Shown here: positions 9,926 through 19,249 of the stretch, in pieces | Layout: every line of letters starts with the position of its first letter | Position numbering within the stretch: the first letter of the stretch is position 1 | Origin: a virus | Lineage: Duplodnaviria; Caudoviricetes | Length of the DNA stretch: 64,000 bases | Strand: one strand, 5' to 3' | Virus record (IMG/VR): IMGVR_UViG_3300025600_000019 | Coordinates: 7,366 to 71,365 of that record | The notes under the pieces: generated by a model | What the model was told of the DNA's origin: nothing | Databases searched by the model: none | Seen by the model: the letters and a program-made list of their open reading frames with translations, nothing else | Program-made: the position numbers and the translations under genes

Positions 9926-10978
9926 TCATTTTTTAATCTCCCGAGCACACAAAGGGCAAATATCTGGGAATAATTTGTGGTACTCAGCATCAAGTATTCT
10001 CAATTCTTTATTAATGGTACTCAAATTATTTTCTTTGCTCCTAATGTTGTCGAGGATTGATTGTAAGGCTCTTATTTTTATTTGCCCTTGCTCTCTTCTC
10101 TTGCGTTGCATTGTTAAAATCGTTTCTAGCAGGGTTTCCGCTCGTTCAATGCTCTTATACTGTATCAATTGTTTCTGCTTATTTTCAATTTGACCTAAAA
10201 GTGAGTCCAAATTGTTAATTTTAATTTCAATGCATTTTTTGTCATTCAGTAAATTTGAAATTGTTTTTAGTGCTTCCTCTGCAATTTGGATTTGTGAAAA
10301 AGCATCAAGACGATTTCGCTTGTCATTAATTTGGGTTAAGATATTCTCTAATCTTTTAATCCGTTCTGTTATTTGCTGTTTAGCTCTTGTCAGTTGCTCA
10401 AATATAGAAATGTCTGTTTCCATCTTTTCCAGATTTAAAAACTCTTTCAATTGCTCCGTTAAATCTGCAATTCGGTTTTTAGTGATTTTTAAATCTCGTT
10501 CGGTACTTATTTTCTTGGAATGAATATTGCTGATTGAACGATCTATAACATCCAACTGGACAATCTTATTTAATGTTTGTGCAACTTCTCCAGATCCAGC
10601 ACTCAATAGGAAAGGAAGATCATCCTGGAGTTTCATGTTGATTTCTGACATGTTTAAAGCTGTTGCAATCTCCGCTGGGACTTCTTGTTTAAATGCTCGG
10701 AATACCTGCTCGTCCAATTTGTAGTAATTACCAACCTTGTCGCGCCCTCTTGTAATACTCACACCATTGTCGAGTACTATGGTGGTTGAATTTTCAGTTG
10801 CCCAGTGAGAAATATAATCTTCTCCAATTGGACGATTAGTAATCAATTGGTTTATAGCTCTGATGATTGTGGTTTTCCCATTGTCAGATAAACCAACAAT
10901 TGCATTAACACCCTTGTCAAATTCAATGAAAGTATTCTTATGGGCTTGCACATTAATTAAATGTATACTTTTGAACAT
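9926..10978 (-). CDS. SbcC/Rad50-like ATPase, N-terminal half (Walker A, coiled coil, terminal CxxC zinc hook)
   Basis: GVNAIVGLSDNGKTTIIRAI Walker A, Q-loop-like LQDD, long coiled coil, ends DICPLCAREIKK. Confidence 0.87.
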   Translation of the reverse strand: MFKSIHLINVQAHKNTFIEFDKGVNAIVGLSDNGKTTIIRAINQLITNRPIGEDYISHWATENSTTIVLDNGVSITRGRDKVGNYYKLDEQVFRAFKQEVPAEIATALNMSEINMKLQDDLPFLLSAGSGEVAQTLNKIVQLDVIDRSISNIHSKKISTERDLKITKNRIADLTEQLKEFLNLEKMETDISIFEQLTRAKQQITERIKRLENILTQINDKRNRLDAFSQIQIAEEALKTISNLLNDKKCIEIKINNLDSLLGQIENKQKQLIQYKSIERAETLLETILTMQRKRREQGQIKIRALQSILDNIRSKENNLSTINKELRILDAEYHKLFPDICPLCAREIKK

Positions 10979-11099
10979 GATTAGTAATCCGTTCCATCAT
11001 CTAATTCTTGATTCCAGTATAAATCCAAAAGTTCCTGCAGATGCCCAAGTTTTTTACGACGAGCATAATCTTTGGCAATTCTTTCCAACAGTACAAAGC

Positions 11100-11606
11100 T
11101 CACATTTTTCTCCATTCTTTGTTTATTTTGTGCCATCTGTAAATTGGGGTTTCATTTTGAAATATAAAAATAGGGCATGTGTGTTGTGCTGGGGGACAAT
11201 CCAATGCAGCTTGCAAAGTTTTGTATGTTCCATAATTACTAACTGCTTTATCTAATGATCGTACCCAATACTCGTAGGTAACAGGCATTATTGTTCGTCT
11301 GCTTTTTTTGGGTACTTCAATCAGTTCCTGTTGTACCCAATCTCCAGGCATTTTAGCAGGTCCAAAAACAGTACAAGCAGGGTCATTTAACATTGACACA
11401 CAACTACAACCGCCAGTTTGATTACGGTGAAATTCATTTAATGTTCCATCTAATTTAGGATCGTCAAGCCACAACATTTTATTTCCACATTTAGAGCACT
11501 TCCAGAAACGATGCTGTACTGAAAAACAGGTTTCATCAGTGGGAATTAATACTTCAAAACAATGAAAACAATGTCGAATTTTATTGTTCATACTCATGCC
11601 GTTCAT
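11100..11606 (-). CDS. Hypothetical Cys-rich protein
   Basis: CxxC pairs; in operon context. Confidence 0.5.
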   Translation of the reverse strand: MNGMSMNNKIRHCFHCFEVLIPTDETCFSVQHRFWKCSKCGNKMLWLDDPKLDGTLNEFHRNQTGGCSCVSMLNDPACTVFGPAKMPGDWVQQELIEVPKKSRRTIMPVTYEYWVRSLDKAVSNYGTYKTLQAALDCPPAQHTCPIFIFQNETPIYRWHKINKEWRKM

Positions 11607-12043
11607 TTTTTTAATATTTTTTGTATACTCTCTAATGTGAGTGGTCCTGCTTTTTTACTGCCAGTCCATAATATGTATTCAAAACCATTTTTATCGCACC
11701 AATCGGAATAACGTGCTTTATGGGCAGTGGTGAGCCAATTGTTGTATTGAAACACAAGGATAAATCGAAATTCAGGATGTTGTTGTTTGACAAGTGCCAT
11801 TTTATCTCGATCTTTTTTGTCAAACCGTCCTTTACTCTCAATTACAGTATTGAGAATAACAAAATCTGGTGTATACTTTTTAATTTTTTCGGGTTCTTTA
11901 TATTCAAGTTTAAAAGGTTCATATTGTACATTTGGTATATGGGCAAGCAGTTCCTTTCCAAATATTTCCTCATATGATGATCGTTTGAGCACAATTTGAT
12001 TGTCTTTTGTGGTTGTTTTTTTAACAAATTGTTTAATTCTCAT
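11603..12043 (-). CDS. T7 endonuclease I-like Holliday junction resolvase
   Basis: YEPFKLEY..KYTPDF..VIESKGRF..DRDKM..YSDWCDKNGF matches the T7 gp3 family pattern. Confidence 0.9.
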   Translation of the reverse strand: MRIKQFVKKTTTKDNQIVLKRSSYEEIFGKELLAHIPNVQYEPFKLEYKEPEKIKKYTPDFVILNTVIESKGRFDKKDRDKMALVKQQHPEFRFILVFQYNNWLTTAHKARYSDWCDKNGFEYILWTGSKKAGPLTLESIQKILKK

Positions 12044-12051
12044 TTAAAATC

Positions 12052-13170
12052 CTATTGATATTTTGGTTTGCGTCCGAGTTTTAAACTATCTTCAATTTCT
12101 TTCCACGCACGTCCTACAAATGTTTGTACATCACGCTCCAAATTATCTTGCTCAATAACTTCAATTAATTTACTTCTTGAAACTTTTTCATCTCCAAATC
12201 CATAAAGATCAATTGGCACAATCCCATGACCTTCTTTTTTCCATACACCTTCTTGCAGTAAAAAGTCAATGCACGAATTTAGATCATCAATCCCATAATC
12301 GTCATATATATCAAAAGTACATTCCCGGCGTTTACCAGTGATGCTGTTTTTCTTCAATTGGCATTTAGTTTCTGTACCAATCTGTTGCCCTTTTTCTTTT
12401 ATGTCAGAAACTTTGGACATCCACAAACGATGGTTGCTGTAAAATTCAGGAGCTTCCCCACCTGCTGTTGTGAACTTTTCACCAAAACCTGTAAATCCAA
12501 TTTTCTGTCGACGTTGCTGGAGTAAGATAATTAAAGAACGTGATTTCTCCAATTCATTGTTAATCATGCGCAATGTCTCACCAAGAATTTTAGCTTTCTC
12601 AGTTCCATAACTACCTGCAATTTTATCAACAGCCTCGGAACTTTTTGCCATTGCAAGAGCTTTTTTAAACTCTTTTTCCAATTCTTCATCAGATGTCAAA
12701 CTGTCAACTGAATCCAAAATGTATATACATTGTTGAGACTTTTTATTATTTAACAATGTTAATGCATTGGCTTTAAACATCTGTACAGTTTTAGAAACTC
12801 CCAATGGGGGTTTTACAAGACGGTCTTTAAATTTCTGACCAAAGAGATATGGAAGATCGAAACAATTCCTTTCCTCAGTATCATCATGGATTAAAAGGTA
12901 ATCATCAAATCTTGGGAGTTGCGAACATTCAGCAAGTGTTGTCAATCCAAGAATTGTTTTACCAGCACTTGATGCTCCCGGGATTGTTACAAAACCACCG
13001 AGAAGAAATGCACCAAAAGGAGTATCAGAGCATGCACAATTTAACAATGTAGAACCCGACGGAACTAAATCATTTTCGTTATAGACTCGTTTAATGCGTC
13101 TTTCTGGTTCTTCTTGGGCTTCTTGTTCTACCTGATCTGCGATATCATTTATTGCTGTTGTTCGTGACAT
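12052..13170 (-). CDS. RecA/UvsX-like recombinase
   Basis: GASSAGKT Walker A, YILDSVDSL Walker B, TAGGEAPEFYS and FDIYDDYGID. GAGGAG RBS before MSRTT. Confidence 0.9.
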   Translation of the reverse strand: MSRTTAINDIADQVEQEAQEEPERRIKRVYNENDLVPSGSTLLNCACSDTPFGAFLLGGFVTIPGASSAGKTILGLTTLAECSQLPRFDDYLLIHDDTEERNCFDLPYLFGQKFKDRLVKPPLGVSKTVQMFKANALTLLNNKKSQQCIYILDSVDSLTSDEELEKEFKKALAMAKSSEAVDKIAGSYGTEKAKILGETLRMINNELEKSRSLIILLQQRRQKIGFTGFGEKFTTAGGEAPEFYSNHRLWMSKVSDIKEKGQQIGTETKCQLKKNSITGKRRECTFDIYDDYGIDDLNSCIDFLLQEGVWKKEGHGIVPIDLYGFGDEKVSRSKLIEVIEQDNLERDVQTFVGRAWKEIEDSLKLGRKPKYQ

Positions 13171-13600
13171 GTAGAAACTCCTCATCAAAGACTTTCTTAT
13201 ATACCCACCATTGACCACTGCCATCAAATTGAAATTGAACCCCCATTGGATAATCTGGGTGTAATTCATTGTACTTTTTCACCCAGATATTTAATGTTGA
13301 AATTGAAATAGGAATTCCCATAGTTTTTAACAGATAAAGTGCGGATTGCAATGACATGAAAATCTTTTTATCAACTGTTTTTTCATCGTAATGGATAAAA
13401 GCCATAAATCTTTCACGATCAATCACCCATTTGCAACCTCCATACGCTGGTTGGAATCCTATCTCTGGATGATACTCAATCCATCTGAGTAGTGTAAGCA
13501 TTACTATATCCAATCCAACCTCTTGGCACATACGCCACGCCACACCTGAACTGATATATTTGCCTTTCTTCACCTCGCCATTCTCATTCTTTTTTTTCAT
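13145..13600 (-). CDS. Tandem Xis/MerR-like winged-HTH DNA-binding protein
   Basis: Two similar units: YISSGVA..TLLRWI..KWVID and FMSLQSA..TLNIWV..QWWVY. Confidence 0.55.
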   Translation of the reverse strand: MKKKNENGEVKKGKYISSGVAWRMCQEVGLDIVMLTLLRWIEYHPEIGFQPAYGGCKWVIDRERFMAFIHYDEKTVDKKIFMSLQSALYLLKTMGIPISISTLNIWVKKYNELHPDYPMGVQFQFDGSGQWWVYKKVFDEEFLHVTNNSNK

Positions 13601-13763
13601 AGTTCACCTTTTTAAAATAAGTGCTGGCCGGTGGGGTATCTTGAATCTGAGTAACAGGTAGGGGGCTAGCTCGTTGGGAATACCTGTATCCCTTCTGTCG
13701 TCCCCTTACTCAAATGCATTCCATCCTCCGTTTACTTTTCTTACCAGCACTCATTCTGAATTA

Positions 13764-14894
13764 TTATTTTGCTTTCAGCCGATCAGCTTCATCGGCACAT
13801 GCTTCCCATTTAGTGCATTCCATACAGAACTTCCTGTTATTGCAATCTGTTCCGTATTCACCACCATCAGGGCATCCATCTTTAGTTTCTTTTTGTTGTG
13901 GAGGTTCAGTTCGTCTACTTTTTGTTTCAGATTCTTTTTTCTTTTCAGGTTCTGGATCTGGTTCTTTTGTACGTTCCCGAGTACGTTCCCGTGTTGGGGG
14001 ATCTTTTTTCGTTCGTTCAGGTTCTGGTTCTCTTGTTCTCCCTTCACGTCCAGGACGACCTTCTGGATTTGAATCTTTTTCTGGTCGTTCCGTACGTTCA
14101 CGAGTACGCTCCCCTTGATCACGTTCTGGAGGATCATCAGAATCTTTTGAAGTGTCTACCGCATCACCAAATGCAATGGCATCCAGTTTTTCATATGGCA
14201 AGATAATCATGCATTCATCAAGATTCACAACTTGATCCAGAATTTTTTCCGGGATATCTTTACGTTCCGTAAAATCAATACGACCAGCTTCCAGATACTT
14301 ATTTCCCATGTAGGATTCTTCACTGAAAACAACTTCAAGAGTAAATCCACCATCAAGTTCCGCAAAGTCATACCATTCTTCTTTGCCTTCCCTCAATTCT
14401 TTTTCCAGTTTTTCATAAAAGTTGGCATATGAATGTTCAAACAATTCGATACCATCTTTTGTGCGTCGATTCATGATGGTCTTTACCTGCGGAGCTAAAC
14501 TTTTGGCAAGTTCTTCGTCCCCATTAGGATCTTTTTTCAATGCTTTCTGGTATTCACAAATAGGGCATGGTTTTTTGACAGTTCGTGGGCAAATGTAGTA
14601 CTTTTCATCCACTCCAATTTTACGATGCACCAGAATTGTTCGATATGGGAACAGGTCCCCCTTGTGCAATTCAATTTCACCAAATTTACCATCATGATAT
14701 ACACCATCTTCTTGTACTTCGTATGGCACGATATCCAGGATAGTTGGTTCATTGCGTGTGCTTTTCGTCAATTTGGTAACTACGACACCCTCGGGCAATG
14801 TCAGGTAGGAACTTCCACCATTTGATTTGTTTGCCTCCGCACGATCACGCAATCTGTCACGCATACTGGAATGCCGCTCTTCATTTCTTCCCAT
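13764..14894 (-). CDS. gp32-like single-stranded DNA-binding protein
   Basis: YYICPRTVKKPCPICEY zinc motif and gp32-like OB core. Lies between uvsY and uvsX homologues. Confidence 0.8.
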   Translation of the reverse strand: MGRNEERHSSMRDRLRDRAEANKSNGGSSYLTLPEGVVVTKLTKSTRNEPTILDIVPYEVQEDGVYHDGKFGEIELHKGDLFPYRTILVHRKIGVDEKYYICPRTVKKPCPICEYQKALKKDPNGDEELAKSLAPQVKTIMNRRTKDGIELFEHSYANFYEKLEKELREGKEEWYDFAELDGGFTLEVVFSEESYMGNKYLEAGRIDFTERKDIPEKILDQVVNLDECMIILPYEKLDAIAFGDAVDTSKDSDDPPERDQGERTRERTERPEKDSNPEGRPGREGRTREPEPERTKKDPPTRERTRERTKEPDPEPEKKKESETKSRRTEPPQQKETKDGCPDGGEYGTDCNNRKFCMECTKWEACADEADRLKAK

Positions 14895-14906
14895 TGTATT
14901 CTCCTT

Positions 14907-15215
14907 TTATGGTTCCCTAAAAATCTGTTCTTGTCTCACTGCTTGTAACAGTGTTGTTAACTTCACCAAATTAAATACGGTTAATTCTTCCTTTCCCATC
15001 ATTAACTTCTGATGAAGTTTTTTAAATTCGTTTACCCTGTTAGTTGTATGCTCATTGATGTATGGAGCAACACGAAAATCCAAAGGAATATATTCCCGAA
15101 GTATTACTGCCCTTTGTCTTTGTGACATACCAGATGAAGAAAGGTAACGTCCACCTGTCAAATCCTCGTGGACAACCACTGGACGTTTTTCTTTTAGATC
15201 AAATGCGATTTTCAT
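14907..15215 (-). CDS. Hypothetical protein
   Basis: 102-aa ORF overlapping the upstream stop codon. Confidence 0.5.
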   Translation of the reverse strand: MKIAFDLKEKRPVVVHEDLTGGRYLSSSGMSQRQRAVILREYIPLDFRVAPYINEHTTNRVNEFKKLHQKLMMGKEELTVFNLVKLTTLLQAVRQEQIFREP

Positions 15216-15532
15216 TCAAAGTACCTTACCCAGTCATATGATGACGTTTCAGGAATTTCAAAACCTTCATATCCATATCTCTCGATTTGAAAAAATTGGA
15301 AGATAGTCAAACCATACACCGGGATTGTTCCATGTGAGTAAATTTCCACAGTATCTCCTTAATTTAGTTCCCATTTTCGTTTATTATTTTGCCAGTCTTT
15401 TCGTGGTTTGCTCATTGGAAACATTGTACCTTTGCAATTTGGACAATGCTTTCCTCCACTTTGGTGATATTCATTTGTTTCCACTTTTGTCATTAAACCA
15501 CAACGGATGCATTGTACTTTGATTTCGTTCAT

Positions 15533-16030
15533 TTACGTTGTTCTCCTGGACATCCTTTCCTGAATTTTGTTTGCAACACCCTGGGAGTCTTTGTTTTGGA
15601 TTTCCTGGATTCTTTCCCTGTTCATGGTGGGCATACTTCTTGGAATGTCTGACCCAGTAAAATAATTACGGGCTTCAAGTTTGCAAAGTTCCTCCAGTGC
15701 TTTCTTTTTGTCATTCAGTTTATTGCAAGCATGCTGCAACATTTCAGCATCCCTGGCAGCATCCATCCAGATTTCTTTCTCGGCGATATGTTCTTTGTTT
15801 GTACGGTAGGTGGATTCAATAATGGGTGCTGTTGCCTTTGGGTCTAAGTCTTTAATTTTCAGTGTGATTTCTGAACGAAGGATTTTTAGACGTTGCTCTG
15901 ATCTTCTAACAAGATCATTAGCATCCACCAGCATTTCTGAGTACTCCGCAGCAACACGAGACAAATTTACCCATTCTTGGTCAAGATTGCCAGCGTCTAT
16001 TTCAGTATCTTTTTTAAAGTTAATATTCAT
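15533..16030 (-). CDS. UvsY-like recombination mediator
   Basis: Helical LDQEWVNL..EYSEML..KATAPIIESTY..KKKALEEL pattern. Sits upstream of SSB and UvsX. Confidence 0.65.
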   Translation of the reverse strand: MNINFKKDTEIDAGNLDQEWVNLSRVAAEYSEMLVDANDLVRRSEQRLKILRSEITLKIKDLDPKATAPIIESTYRTNKEHIAEKEIWMDAARDAEMLQHACNKLNDKKKALEELCKLEARNYFTGSDIPRSMPTMNRERIQEIQNKDSQGVANKIQERMSRRTT

Positions 16031-16274
16031 TTGATCCCTCTCATATAACCAAAGACAAAGAAGATGATTATGACAAGCAGAATCCATGCTATTGAAAGTA
16101 CAATCGGTAACATTACTTTTTCCTTTCTAAAATGATAATTGCAACACAAACTACTACAGCACTAATAATGATAACGAATGGTATGGTTAACAGCAAACTA
16201 ACACAAGGAACTGGGAACAAGAAGCAAGAGACACCCATACGAACCTCCATAAAATTATGTTTGTTACTATAAAT

Positions 16275-16303
16275 ATTATAAACAATGGAAATAAGAAAAA
16301 CAA
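16275..16303 (-). promoter_or_regulatory. Sigma70-like promoter TTGTTT-17-TATAAT
   Basis: Reverse complement of 16275-16303, upstream of the uvsY/ssb/uvsX block. Confidence 0.55.
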
Positions 16304-16312
16304 CACTTTTAT

Positions 16313-17266
16313 TTATTTTGTATCTTTTATCGATTCAACAGCTTCATATGCTGCTTGGATCAAGCAATTCCGACCATCAGTATAGAAAGGAGCACGAAAG
16401 CAGTCCATAACGACATACGCCTGAGCATTGTCTTTTCCAGTTAAGAGAATATTCCCACAATACCCACGAACTGCCAAACGTATGGATTCTGGAGCTTCTT
16501 TTTCAAGACCTTTTAATAATTCTGCAACTTGCTTCCATCCAGATCGTTGAAATACCGCGCGGCACAATTCAATAACTTGGTTCTCTTTTGCCACCGCTTG
16601 TTCTGTTATTATCAGCATGTCTTCTGGGTTAAGGTTGATTATCTTATCAAGTAATTGCAATGCAGTCCTACAGCTTCCAAATGACGCGGAAACAATCTGT
16701 TCAATGACATCCGTAGGGACTCTTTTGCGCTCACTCCTGGAAACCTCTTTTAGGAATGTTTCCATTGTCAAAGGACTTAATGGAGAGACTTCAAACGGGG
16801 CACAACGACTCCTGATGGTAGTCAGCAACATTTCAGGGTTCGTGGTACACAATATAAAGTAAGTATGTGGGGGTGGTTCTTCAAGCATTTTTAATAATGC
16901 ATTTTGTGCTTTGTTCGATGGTGAATTTCCTCCTACTCCTATTTGATGTGCTTCATCAAGCAACCAAACTTGGATTTCCCCTTCCCATGGAGACAAGTAA
17001 GCCTGACTTAATATATCCTCAATGTCATTAGTTTTACGATACAAAGTTGTGTCCACTTCATGATAATCCATACCAACACAACCCAACCTAGTAGAAATGA
17101 TACGACCAAGAGTAGTTTTACCACATCCAGAAGGACCTGTAAATAAAAACGTATGCTGTATGCTTTCTCTTGGTCTTGACAGTACTGATTCAAGGGAACG
17201 GATGGTATCTTCATTTCCTCGTACCTCTTCAAGAGTTTTGGGGCGACACTTTATCGACAGGGACAT
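16313..17266 (-). CDS. Clamp loader AAA+ subunit (DnaX gamma/tau-like)
   Basis: RPKTLEEVRGN, GPSGCGKT, LLDEAHQI, QNALLKMLEEPP and TIRSRC motifs. Confidence 0.93.
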   Translation of the reverse strand: MSLSIKCRPKTLEEVRGNEDTIRSLESVLSRPRESIQHTFLFTGPSGCGKTTLGRIISTRLGCVGMDYHEVDTTLYRKTNDIEDILSQAYLSPWEGEIQVWLLDEAHQIGVGGNSPSNKAQNALLKMLEEPPPHTYFILCTTNPEMLLTTIRSRCAPFEVSPLSPLTMETFLKEVSRSERKRVPTDVIEQIVSASFGSCRTALQLLDKIINLNPEDMLIITEQAVAKENQVIELCRAVFQRSGWKQVAELLKGLEKEAPESIRLAVRGYCGNILLTGKDNAQAYVVMDCFRAPFYTDGRNCLIQAAYEAVESIKDTK

Positions 17267-17383
17267 TTACTTCTCCTTCTTTTGTGTGGAATGGACAATC
17301 CTTCTTTTCAGCACATTTAATCACATGACCTGCGGCAGGACAATTTACACGGTGACAATCAGCCTTTGTCATAAATTTACTCC

Positions 17384-18745
17384 CTATTTTTTAAGTTCCT
17401 TTAATTCGTACCAACTACCATCCACGGGAGTACTGGAAATATCAATTTCAAATGGCACATTTATCCAGTCCCAATGCTTTCGTATTCTATCAGTCATGTA
17501 GTACTGCAATCTCTCAATCACCATCCTTTCCTCGTCTGGGTGAACATCTAAACACAGATCATCATAAATTTGATTCATGACAAATGAATCCCAATGTTCT
17601 TTCTTTGCATCTTCAACCAACCAAATTAAGCATTGGAGAAGTACATGAAATGCAGTTCCTTGAATAGGATAATTACATGCTTGTTTCCTGTCCATAATTC
17701 CTGAGCAACGAAACCCTGTAAGCATGTCAAAATACCCTTTCTTGTAGTACTCAGCAACCCAGTCCTTTTTCCATTGGGTGTAGATTCCCCATTTGTCGTC
17801 CCACATCCATCTTTCGACTTTTTCAACATGCTTTTCAAATTGGGCAAGAGATTTATACCCTTTTGATTTTAAATGATCAACAAGGAGCACACCAGATGCC
17901 AAACGGTGTGTTTCTAAATGAGAATTAATCCACATACTGCTAGCACAAGACTTCCACCAATCACCGTAGAACTGAGGGAATACAAAACTGTTCTTTGCTG
18001 TTTGTCTAATTGGTTTGCATGTTTTTACTTCATCAAGTGAGAGGATGAACAGTTTCATTGCCATGTCACGATGCATGTCCAATGATGTATCAGAAACGTA
18101 GGAAATCATATTTGGATCGTTGTGATAGCAACAACCAATAGAGACCTCAACTCCTTTGAAGTCAGCGGAAATTATTTTGTGTCCTGGACGTGCTTTAATC
18201 GCTTGCCTACATATACGTTGTGCCTCTGGGTCACGTTTTGGTACATTTGCAAAGTTGGGTGCTTCTGTTGAGGGTCTGCCAGATTTTGCAATATTCAGAT
18301 TAAACATACAATGAACGATACCATCCACCTGTTCTCTGAGGAATGCTTTTAAATAGGTATCACGTACTTTAGTTAACCCTCTGATACGCAACAGGTTTGA
18401 AATTTCGGGGACATTTAGAGCTTCCAAAGCCTCTTCATCAGTACTTGGGTACCCATTGTCAGTAAATTTAATTGGTTCTAATTTCATTCGATTGTATAAA
18501 ATGTCTGCAAGCTGCGTCCCACTATTGAGATTTGTTTTCTGTCGGTATGAATTTCTCCAGAGTTTCACCAATTCAGATTTTTTAAAATCTTCATTAAGTT
18601 TGTTTATTTGTCGATCTAAATGGGATGCCATCTTTTCACAGTATTCCACATCTATTCTTATCCCATTGCGTTCAACTTGGGCAAGTGCCAGTGTACCAGC
18701 TTGGAATAGATTATAGGCATCTAATGAGGTTGCCTGGCTGTTCAT
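17384..18745 (-). CDS. polA: Family A DNA polymerase, polymerase domain only
   Basis: NLNSGTQL, SGRPST..PNFAN, motif A ADFKGVEV, motif B RQTAKNSFVFPQFYG, ACNYPIQGTA and motif C QIYDDL. Confidence 0.92.
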   Translation of the reverse strand: MNSQATSLDAYNLFQAGTLALAQVERNGIRIDVEYCEKMASHLDRQINKLNEDFKKSELVKLWRNSYRQKTNLNSGTQLADILYNRMKLEPIKFTDNGYPSTDEEALEALNVPEISNLLRIRGLTKVRDTYLKAFLREQVDGIVHCMFNLNIAKSGRPSTEAPNFANVPKRDPEAQRICRQAIKARPGHKIISADFKGVEVSIGCCYHNDPNMISYVSDTSLDMHRDMAMKLFILSLDEVKTCKPIRQTAKNSFVFPQFYGDWWKSCASSMWINSHLETHRLASGVLLVDHLKSKGYKSLAQFEKHVEKVERWMWDDKWGIYTQWKKDWVAEYYKKGYFDMLTGFRCSGIMDRKQACNYPIQGTAFHVLLQCLIWLVEDAKKEHWDSFVMNQIYDDLCLDVHPDEERMVIERLQYYMTDRIRKHWDWINVPFEIDISSTPVDGSWYELKELKK

Positions 18746-19006
18746 GAAATATATACCGTATTATCTTCTGAATCGTAGTGTATGTTTACTTTAATATCTT
18801 CAAATGCACCATAACAATCTACCCACAGCACTTCCGCATTATCTGGCACATTTGCTGCATTTAATATTTCTTTCAATTCTTTCCAGGTCATTTTCATTCT
18901 CCACCTTGATTTTCCCATTCTTCCCGAGAAATTGTGAATTGTTTAAGTACAAAAAATGGGATCTCCAAATACTTGTCATATAATATAGAAATAATATAAT
19001 TTTTCA

Positions 19007-19249
19007 TTACCACCACTCCAATTTACATTTTTCGAACTTGCACCAAGTTTTTAAACTGATGAAGCACCCACAAAGAACACACCTCCCGTGGACTTCACAC
19101 AAACACTTTTTACAAATATTTACCCTTATCTGCCTTTCCTCTCTTGTTGTTGTAGGGCATGTTGAAAACATGAAACGAACAACTGCCCAGATAAATGAGG
19201 AAGCCATTTTACATTTTGATGGGAAAATCTGATCTTCAATTTTTGACAT
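19007..19249 (-). CDS. Small Cys-rich protein
   Basis: RVNICKKC..RCVLCGCFI..KT..CKLEWW pattern. Confidence 0.55.
   Translation of the reverse strand: MSKIEDQIFPSKCKMASSFIWAVVRFMFSTCPTTTREERQIRVNICKKCLCEVHGRCVLCGCFISLKTWCKFEKCKLEWW

Noticed and set aside
13661-13705. tRNA-like 5' end GGGGGCTAGCTCGTTGGGA
   Set aside because: No D-stem complement, no TTCRA T-loop and no acceptor/CCA; it is also antisense to local transcription.
13674-14206. Several long + strand ORFs opposite the ssb linker
   Set aside because: They are shadow frames of a low-complexity, stop-poor repeat, with no RBS and a Phe/Ser/Arg composition typical of antisense artefacts.
18746-19235. Group I intron joining the exonuclease and polymerase halves
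   Set aside because: The gap is filled by small ORFs with coupled start/stop overlaps, each polymerase half has its own start and stop, and I found no P7/terminal-G or homing endonuclease signature.
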